32,000 nt of DNA, from assembly GCF_000172995.2 (NCBI RefSeq), contig NC_014729.1:1110001-1142000 (forward strand), written 5' to 3'. Shown here one piece after another: positions 25,836-32,000 of the stretch (its first letter is position 1; every line of letters begins with the position of its first letter). This stretch comes from Halogeometricum borinquense DSM 11551. Lineage in GTDB: Archaea > Halobacteriota > Halobacteria > Halobacteriales > Haloferacaceae. The notes beneath the pieces were generated by a model. The model ran no database searches. It was not told the origin of the DNA and saw only the letters and a list, made by a program, of their open reading frames with translations. Both the position numbers and the translations under genes were made by a program.

Positions 25836-26900
25836 TTATACGTTCACACCGAACGGTGCGGCGTCTTCAGCGCCTACCGCCATCGACCCGAGAAGCGTCG
25901 CAATCGCGTCGAGGTCTTCAGTATCCACCACTTCGACCGGCGTGTGCATGTAGCGGTTCGGGATGCCGATATTCAGCGATGGAATCCCGCTTCGGGAGGT
26001 GTAGAAGGCGTCGGCGTCGGTACCGGTCCGAATCCCAGCAGCCTGCAACTGCACGTCAACGTCGGCGTCGTTGGCCGCGTTGCGTGCGAGTTCGACCACG
26101 GCAGGATGGTTCGCACTCCCGCGAGTGATGACCGGCCCTTCGCCGAGTTCGACGGGACCTTTGTGTTTACTCTCTACATCAGGGTTGTCCGTCGCGTGCG
26201 TCACGTCGATGGCGACGGCGGCGTCGGGGTTCAGGTCGTAGCCGACCATCTTCGCGCCCTGGACGCCGAGTTCCTCTTGCACTGTACTCACGGCGTAGAC
26301 CGTCGCGTCCACGTCCGCTTCGACGGCGTGTCGGAGGGCTTCGGCGGCGGCCCACGTCCCGACACGGTTGTCCATCCCGCGGGCGGCCATGCGTGATCCG
26401 TGCAGGTCGCGGACGCGCGTTTCGACGGTTAGCGGGTCACCGACTTCGACGAGTTCGTGCGCTTCCGCCTCGTCTGCCGCGCCGATGTCCACGAACTGTT
26501 CTTCTAAGTCGTCGTACTCCTCCTCGCCAACGTCGCGGAGGTGAATCGCCGTCTGTCCGATAACGCCCGGAACCTCACCGTCGGCCGCGTGCACGGTGAC
26601 GTGCTGGCCCTTCGAAACAGTACGGTCAGCGCCGCCGATAGCCGCGATGCGGAGGAATCCATCGTCGGTCACGTCGCGGACAATGTACCCGATCTCGTCG
26701 GCGTGGCCCGTGAAGGCGATTTCGGGTCCCCCACCCGTTCCTTCGTGGACCGCAACGGCGTTGCCGTAGTCGTCAACGCGCACTTCGTCGGCGAACTCCT
26801 CGACGTACGAAACCCAGACGCGCTGCCCGTCAGCCTCGTAACCGGAGGGACTCGGCGTCGTCAGGAGGTCCTTCAGGAACGTTCGTCGTGTATCGTCCAT
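25836..26900 (-). CDS. M42-family (TET/FrvX-like) aminopeptidase
   Basis: TPSPSGYE, FTGHADEIGY, VSTVQEELGVQGA and IPNRYMHTPVEVV are typical M42 metallopeptidase blocks. Confidence 0.9.
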   Translation of the reverse strand: MDDTRRTFLKDLLTTPSPSGYEADGQRVWVSYVEEFADEVRVDDYGNAVAVHEGTGGGPEIAFTGHADEIGYIVRDVTDDGFLRIAAIGGADRTVSKGQHVTVHAADGEVPGVIGQTAIHLRDVGEEEYDDLEEQFVDIGAADEAEAHELVEVGDPLTVETRVRDLHGSRMAARGMDNRVGTWAAAEALRHAVEADVDATVYAVSTVQEELGVQGAKMVGYDLNPDAAVAIDVTHATDNPDVESKHKGPVELGEGPVITRGSANHPAVVELARNAANDADVDVQLQAAGIRTGTDADAFYTSRSGIPSLNIGIPNRYMHTPVEVVDTEDLDAIATLLGSMAVGAEDAAPFGVNV

Positions 26901-27002
26901 GGTTTGAGGGAGGTCAAATCGCTACCTCAAAGCACCGATATGAGATGCATGCGGTGCAACGAACACAATGATTATGTCTTTTGTCGGCGTACTGACTGTG
27001 CT

Positions 27003-27314
27003 ATGGGAAACAAATCGTTCACGCTTTTCGAGATTCATCTGCACGACACCCCCAATATCGGTTCCCAGTTCTTCGGGAAGGGGTCGAAAGGTGAAGACGA
27101 ATCAGAAGGCGAGGAAGAGTACCACTCCATCGAAGTCCACGGCGAAGAGGAGACAGAGAGTGTGGGGTCGGGTCGGGGCATCGGCGGCATGGCAATCGTC
27201 AGCTTCGTTCTCCTCGTCGCCCTCGCTATCGCGGTGAAAGTTCTGTCCGGAGGCGACGACGACGACTTAGACGAACTCGACGACCTCTCTGACGTGTCTG
27301 TCGAGTCCGAGTGA
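27003..27314 (+). CDS. Hypothetical acidic single-TM protein (103 aa)
   Basis: I set the start at ATG 27003 (MGNKSFTLFEIHLHD...). An AT-rich box (TGATTATG, about 26968-26976) lies about 30 nt upstream. One TM helix (MAIVSFVLLVALAIAVKVL) is flanked by D/E-rich segments. The ORF-track N-extension is antisense to the peptidase gene. Confidence 0.5.
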   Translation: MGNKSFTLFEIHLHDTPNIGSQFFGKGSKGEDESEGEEEYHSIEVHGEEETESVGSGRGIGGMAIVSFVLLVALAIAVKVLSGGDDDDLDELDDLSDVSVESE

Positions 27315-27408
27315 GCAGAGGAGCGGGTGGTCGCAATCGGAGCAGGACTGCAGTCAGCGCGTGACCGCAGTCGGATACGCTTAAGCGGTGCCCGCGGAAT
27401 CCTCGAAT

Positions 27409-28425
27409 ATGACCGTTTCCAGCGCTCCCGGGAAGGTCTACCTGTTCGGGGAGCACGCAGTCGTCTACGGCGAACCGGCGGTGCCCTGCGCTATCGAGCG
27501 TCGGGCGACCGTCTCAGTCGAGACACGTGAGGACTCGCGGGTTCGCGTCAGCGCGCCGGACCTGAGCCTCGACGGCTTTACCGTCGAGTACGGTGGCAAC
27601 GGTGACGAGCGACCCGACGTGAATGTCTCGGAAGGGCTCGTCGAGGCCGGTATCGAATATATCGATGTCGCCGTCGAACAAGCGCGAGATGCGGCCAACG
27701 CACCGAATGCGGGCTTTGATGTCACTGTCGAGAGCGACATCCCGCTTGGTGCAGGCCTCGGGTCGTCGGCAGCCGTCGTCGTCGCCAGTATCGACGCCGC
27801 GACGCGCGAACTCGGCCACCCACTCGATCCCGAAGAACTCGCAGCGCGCGCCTACCGCGCGGAGTACGAGGTACAGGACGGCCAAGCCTCGCGCGCGGAC
27901 ACCTTCTGTTGTGCAGTCGGCGGCGCAGTTCGCGTCGAGGGCGACGACTGCCAGCATATCGACGCGCCGAGTCTCCCGTTCGTCGTCGGCTTCGACGGCG
28001 GCGCGGGCGACACGGGAAAACTCGTCGCCGGTGTCCGGTCGCTCCGCGACGAGTACGACTTCGCAGCCGATACCGTCGAGAGTATCGGCGACCTCGTCCG
28101 GCGCGGCGAGTCCGTCCTCGCCGAGGCCGACCCGACGGATCACCCACCGGAAGATGTACTGGCCGAACTCGGCCGCCTGATGGACTTCGATCACGGACTG
28201 CTGGAAGCTCTCGGCGTCTCCTCACGCACGCTCGACAACATGGTATGGGCGGCCCGCGAGGCGGGCGCGCACGGTGCGAAACTCACCGGCGCGGGCGGCG
28301 GTGGCTGTATCGTCGCCTTAGACGAGACGGCGGAGACGGAGACCGCGCTCCGCTACACCGCCGAGTGCGAAGACGTGTTTCGTGCCGAACTCGCCCGCGA
28401 CGGTGTCCGGGTGGAAGACGAATGA
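27409..28425 (+). CDS. mvk: Mevalonate kinase
   Basis: MTVSSAPGKVYLFGEHAVVYG, GHMP motif PLGAGLGSSAAV, and KLTGAGGGGC. GCTTAAGC at about 27379-27386 lies about 27 nt upstream of ATG 27409. The ORF-track start at 27388 is a GTG. Confidence 0.9.
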   Translation: MTVSSAPGKVYLFGEHAVVYGEPAVPCAIERRATVSVETREDSRVRVSAPDLSLDGFTVEYGGNGDERPDVNVSEGLVEAGIEYIDVAVEQARDAANAPNAGFDVTVESDIPLGAGLGSSAAVVVASIDAATRELGHPLDPEELAARAYRAEYEVQDGQASRADTFCCAVGGAVRVEGDDCQHIDAPSLPFVVGFDGGAGDTGKLVAGVRSLRDEYDFAADTVESIGDLVRRGESVLAEADPTDHPPEDVLAELGRLMDFDHGLLEALGVSSRTLDNMVWAAREAGAHGAKLTGAGGGGCIVALDETAETETALRYTAECEDVFRAELARDGVRVEDE

Positions 28426-29159
28426 CGACCGTCCTCAAACTCGGCGGAAGCGTCGTCACGGACAAATCAACCCCTGAGACGGTCGATGACGACAGCCTCG
28501 ACGCCGCGGTAGCCGCGGTAGCCGATTCGGACCCCTCACGCCTCGTCATCGTTCACGGTGGCGGGAGTTTCGGCCATCACAACGCCGAAAAGCACGGCGT
28601 CAGCGACAGTCAAGGGACGCACGACGCCGAAGCGGTCTTCGAGATTCACGACGCGATGCGCCGCCTGAACGACGCCGTCGTGACGCGGCTTCAGGACGCT
28701 GGCATCGCAGCACTGCCGGTTCAGCCACTCTCGTTGGGTGCGCGGGACGCCGAAGCCGCCTTTTCGCTCCCACTCGATTCGACGGCGACGATGCTGGATG
28801 AGGGGTTCGTCCCCGTTCTTCACGGCGATGTCATTGCCCACGCGGCGTCGGGCGCAACGGTGGTCAGCGGTGACGAACTCGTCACGACGCTCGCTCGCGG
28901 TCTTGATGCCGACCGTGTCGGACTCTGTTCGACCGTTCCGGGTGTTCTCGACGCCGACAACGAAGTGATTCCAGAAATCACGGCGTTCGAGGATGTAGCG
29001 AGCGTTCTCGGTGGCAGTGACGCGACTGACGTGACCGGCGGAATGGCCGCGAAGGTGCGCGCTCTCCTCGAACTCGGCGCGCCCGCTCACGTCTTCGGAC
29101 CCGACGCCCTCCCGCGATTTCTTGCGGGCGAGGACGCCGGAACCGTCATCCGTGATTGA
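28422..29159 (+). CDS. ipk: Isopentenyl phosphate kinase
   Basis: MTTVLKLGGSVVTDK...VIVHGGGSFGHH (amino-acid-kinase fold, IPK-type). ATGA overlap with the mvk stop. The ORF-track 5' extension from 27909 is an Arg-rich shadow frame inside mvk. Confidence 0.9.
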   Translation: MTTVLKLGGSVVTDKSTPETVDDDSLDAAVAAVADSDPSRLVIVHGGGSFGHHNAEKHGVSDSQGTHDAEAVFEIHDAMRRLNDAVVTRLQDAGIAALPVQPLSLGARDAEAAFSLPLDSTATMLDEGFVPVLHGDVIAHAASGATVVSGDELVTTLARGLDADRVGLCSTVPGVLDADNEVIPEITAFEDVASVLGGSDATDVTGGMAAKVRALLELGAPAHVFGPDALPRFLAGEDAGTVIRD

Positions 29160-29180
29160 CTCTGAGGACTCGTCGCGGAA

Positions 29181-29948
29181 TCAGATGTCGATTCGGAGGC
29201 CGTCGCGTGCGAAGCGTACGTCGCCGTCGTAGCGGTCACCAATCGACTGTAGCATCTCCTCGTGTTTTCCTTCGGTATGCGGATACAGGTGCGTGAGGTA
29301 GACGCGACCGATGTCGTATCCGGCCAGTGCCTCGCCCAACTGTGCGGGTGTCGGATGGTTTGAAACGTCCACTTCGTCGGGGAACGAGCAGTCGTGTGCG
29401 AGGACGGCCGCGCCGTCGGCGAAGTTGGCTAATCCCTCGAACGCCTCCGAGTCGCCCGAAAAGACGAAATCGCCGCCGCTCCGGTCATCGTCTCCGGCGT
29501 CGCTGTCGCCGTGGAACCGGTATGCGAGACAGTCCTTCGAGTGTCGCGTCTCCGTCGCCTCGATTTCGAAGCCCGCGACCTCGAACGACCCGGCGGTGAC
29601 CTCCCGGATTCGGAGTTCAACGCGGTCCTGTAGGTAGTCGTGAACGTCGAGAAGCCCGTCGAGAAGCCGTTTGGTCCCGGTCGGTCCCACGACTTCCAGA
29701 TGCGTCTCGCCGGCCAACCACCGGGCTTTCAGGAGGGCGAGGAGGTCCGAGACGTGGTCTAGGTGGTGGTGAGTGAGGAGAACGGTACCGATGCCTTCGT
29801 ACCCCACGTCAGTGTTCGTGAGACGGTTGAGGACGCCGCTTCCGCAATCCACGAGCAGCGAACGCTCGTCGGATTCAACGAGGAGACCAGTCTGGACGCG
29901 GTCCGGAAGCGGCATCGCGCTTCCGGTTCCGAGAAACGTGACGCGCAT
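29181..29948 (-). CDS. MBL-fold metallo-hydrolase
   Basis: MRVTFLGTGSA...LLTHHHLDHVSDL (HxHxDH motif). A TATA-like AGTTATACTT (minus strand) lies about 28 nt upstream of ATG 29948. Confidence 0.85.
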   Translation of the reverse strand: MRVTFLGTGSAMPLPDRVQTGLLVESDERSLLVDCGSGVLNRLTNTDVGYEGIGTVLLTHHHLDHVSDLLALLKARWLAGETHLEVVGPTGTKRLLDGLLDVHDYLQDRVELRIREVTAGSFEVAGFEIEATETRHSKDCLAYRFHGDSDAGDDDRSGGDFVFSGDSEAFEGLANFADGAAVLAHDCSFPDEVDVSNHPTPAQLGEALAGYDIGRVYLTHLYPHTEGKHEEMLQSIGDRYDGDVRFARDGLRIDI

Positions 29949-30005
29949 GGGGCACAGTACACTGACGACGGAAGTATAACTTGGTGGGTTGTCGCGGGCG
30001 GGAGA

Positions 30006-31442
30006 TCACGCGTGCGCAAGTTTCCAGACTCCCTTCGGGACAGCGGTGAGGAACGGAAGCAGAAGCAACACGTACAGCCAGCCAGCGGGTGGACCGAACG
30101 GCGTTACGAGCAACGTGGCACCAGCGACCACGATGAGGCAAGCCGAGGCGACAGCGATGCCAGCGAGCCACTGGTTGAGCGGCGAGAGTTCGGTTGACCG
30201 AATCGGTAGCTCGAACGTCTCGATCAGTGCTTCCGGATTACTGACTGGCCCGAGGGTGCGTTCGGTGTCATCGTCGTCTCCCCCCGTCTTCACGGTCAGC
30301 CTTCGTGTGTCGAAATACCGGTCTGAGAACTGAGTTTCCACGACTGTCGCGTTGTGAAGGACACCCACCGGCGCCGACCACTGTGTGTCGCCGGTTAGTC
30401 GGTCGTAGGCGACAAGCTGGTCGCCAATGCGTCGGTACGTTACCCAGCCGCTCTCGAGGACTCCCATGACGATGTCGCTACAGAACATGATGCAGAACAG
30501 CAGGAATGCGATAAAAGCCGAGCCACTCCGGAGGGCTGGAGACGGCTCGCCGGCAACGATGGCGATCAGTCCGAGCCAGACAAACGTGGCCATGGTGGCG
30601 TAAAACGGTCCCGTAGTCGTAACTGCACGCCAGACCGCGGTCGCCGCAACCGCACGCCGGTCAACGTCAATCGCGGCTGAGGGATCATCATCGGGAACGT
30701 CGAGCGGTTCCAGCGCGGAATCGCTATCCGGACCAGAGAGCCAGCTAGTGAGCCGACCTCCACCGTCGCGTTCCGCACGGAAGCCGGACCACTCGAAGAG
30801 GAGTTTTGCAAACACGAATCCAACGAGCGCAAGCGTTGTTCCGGCAGCACCCGTTACTGGGGCGATAAACGGGACGATAAATAGGACGGCCATGAGGAAG
30901 AATCCCTGCCGAGCGGGAATTTCGACGACTGAGTACGGAGAGACATCTGCGTACCGTCCGCTCCGAATGTAGGAGTAGCCGGTCTCGCCGAGTTGACCGA
31001 TGAGCAGCACAGCGACGCTTGAGAGTACTGCCGGATGACGGATGACATCACTGACTGCAATGACTTCTGAGAGGCTGAAGCTGATGAAAAGGCCGAACCA
31101 CGCACCGCCATAGATGACTGCAGCAGCGAACGGAACGTTGCGCGGGTATATGGGTGGAAGGAACTCGTGAACGCTCACGCTCCCGCGTTTGGCGACGAGA
31201 TCGTTACTCGACACGCTGATGACGCCACTCTCTCGATCGGAGACTGGCGGCTGGCCGGCGAACAGCGCTTTCGCTCCCGCGAGGAGGAATAGCAACTGTA
31301 GCTCAAGGGCGTACACGGCGACAAGTGTTTCCGGATCCCAATCGAGCCACAACACCCCGATGAGCGGAGGTAGGTTTGCGACGAGAACCGGGAGGAACCC
31401 GAACGCGGGTGGAAGAGAATCGCCGTGCCGTGGAGGAGCCAT
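30006..31442 (-). CDS. Polytopic membrane protein with a DUF6498-like N-half and a PH-like (bPH_2-like) segment
   Basis: The N-terminus LPVLVANLPPLIGVLWLDWDPETLVAVYALE resembles my memory of DUF6498. The later segment YRRIGDQLVAYDRLTGDTQWSAPVGVLHNATVVETQFSDRYFDTRRLTVKTGG resembles bacterial PH domains. I set the start at ATG 31442 because TATATA at 31468-31475 lies about 30 nt upstream. The ORF-track start at 31457 is also possible. Confidence 0.7.
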   Translation of the reverse strand: MAPPRHGDSLPPAFGFLPVLVANLPPLIGVLWLDWDPETLVAVYALELQLLFLLAGAKALFAGQPPVSDRESGVISVSSNDLVAKRGSVSVHEFLPPIYPRNVPFAAAVIYGGAWFGLFISFSLSEVIAVSDVIRHPAVLSSVAVLLIGQLGETGYSYIRSGRYADVSPYSVVEIPARQGFFLMAVLFIVPFIAPVTGAAGTTLALVGFVFAKLLFEWSGFRAERDGGGRLTSWLSGPDSDSALEPLDVPDDDPSAAIDVDRRAVAATAVWRAVTTTGPFYATMATFVWLGLIAIVAGEPSPALRSGSAFIAFLLFCIMFCSDIVMGVLESGWVTYRRIGDQLVAYDRLTGDTQWSAPVGVLHNATVVETQFSDRYFDTRRLTVKTGGDDDDTERTLGPVSNPEALIETFELPIRSTELSPLNQWLAGIAVASACLIVVAGATLLVTPFGPPAGWLYVLLLLPFLTAVPKGVWKLAHA

Positions 31443-31646
31443 ACGTGAATCTGTCACCGTCGTCCAATTATATAGATGATGAACCAGATCCGTTTGTCTT
31501 ACTTTTAGCCGCCAATCTCAGGAGGGAACCACCAAAGTCCGGTTACAATATCGAAGAAAACCAACGATAGACCGGCTGCCAACACTGGCTGCGTTTGCTA
31601 TAGATGAAAGTCTGACGAACATTCATAAACCGAGACACTAATTGAC

Positions 31647-31934
31647 ATGCACATGGTAACGAGTGCAAATTCGTCGTCAGTTACTGCGGATGCGGACGAG
31701 GCGATCAGCCTCGCCGTCGTAGAAGCGGTCAGTGTCGCCGCAGATACGCCGGTTCTCGAACTCCCCCCGCTGTACGACGCGATAGACCCCGACGTACTGG
31801 ACGAGTTGTTCGCCGGCCGGCAAGCGGCCGAGCGAATCACGTTTCGGTACGCGGGGCACCTCGTAACCGTCCACGGAGACCGGACCATAGAAATCTTGGA
31901 CGTGGACGAAGCGCAGACCTGCCGTTCTACATGA
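31647..31934 (+). CDS. HalOD1 (halobacterial output domain 1) protein
   Basis: ISLAVVEAVSVAADTPVLELPPLYDAIDPDVLDELF...ITFRYAGHLVTVHGDRTIEI matches the HalOD1 pattern. An alternative start is ATG 31653. Confidence 0.7.
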   Translation: MHMVTSANSSSVTADADEAISLAVVEAVSVAADTPVLELPPLYDAIDPDVLDELFAGRQAAERITFRYAGHLVTVHGDRTIEILDVDEAQTCRST

Positions 31935-32000
31935 CTCTAGCGACGAGACCGACACACGACCCCGAGCAGTTGGGGAGCGCCACCGGCAACAACACGGCAG
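31931..32000 (+). CDS. 5' end of an unidentified gene running off the window
   Basis: ATGA overlap with the HalOD1 stop. The frame is open to the window end (MTLATRPTHDPEQLGSATGNNTA...). It is too short to classify. Confidence 0.3.
   Translation, partial: MTLATRPTHDPEQLGSATGNNTA

Noticed and set aside
26541-27002. The 5' part of ORF 26541-27314 (257 aa), which would make a much larger protein.
   Set aside because: This part is antisense to the well-supported M42 peptidase gene and has shadow-frame composition. A TATA-like box about 30 nt before ATG 27003 supports the short form.
27909-28421. The 5' extension of the IPK ORF, overlapping mvk in another frame.
   Set aside because: It is an extremely Arg-rich shadow translation. 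The IPK family N-terminus (MTTVLKLGGS) begins at ATG 28422, which overlaps the mvk stop.

Overview
GC-rich sequence with strong GC3 bias and very acidic predicted proteins. This indicates a haloarchaeal chromosome. From memory, gene order matches the Haloferax volcanii HVO_27xx neighbourhood. It is a conserved housekeeping and translation region, not an accessory island. I support about 41 protein genes:
- 5'-truncated gltX and a cyclase/formamidase
- a ferredoxin-etfB-etfA-fixCX-orf138 redox operon
- a wHTH-GNAT protein and tmcA
- rpl7ae-rps28e-rpl24e-ndk
- a split metE pair
- the rpl21e-rpoF-DUF655-ksgA-mscS-hemK-like array
- a Cys/Met PLP enzyme
- a 59-aa zinc finger plus aEF-1beta, and a TctA-like permease
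- rpl11 and the rpl1-rpl10-rpl12 operon
- an M42 peptidase, mvk-ipk, and an MBL hydrolase
- a DUF6498/PH-like membrane protein and a HalOD1 protein

I found no rRNA, tRNA, CRISPR array, transposase/integrase or defence genes. Many ORF-track starts are over-extended. I reset them using family N-termini and TATA-like boxes about 25-30 nt upstream, as expected for leaderless mRNAs. Two real-looking small genes (59 aa and 53 aa) fall below the ORF-track cutoff.

Most interesting observations:
- The Fix-type ETF module has a Sulfolobus-type 7Fe ferredoxin, a roughly 158-aa repeat-containing EtfA N-extension, a FixC-FixX fusion and a coupled unknown ORF.
- A 31-nt promoter block (29/31 identical) sits at identical spacing upstream of rpl11 and of the zinc-finger/aEF-1beta pair.
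- rpl7ae has an unusually long SD-led leader with a candidate k-turn.
- The rpl1 leader is structured and carries an anti-SD.
- Two palindromes lie in the rpoF/DUF655 spacer.

I see no convincing wholly new multi-gene system. The novelty here is at the level of add-ons and regulation.
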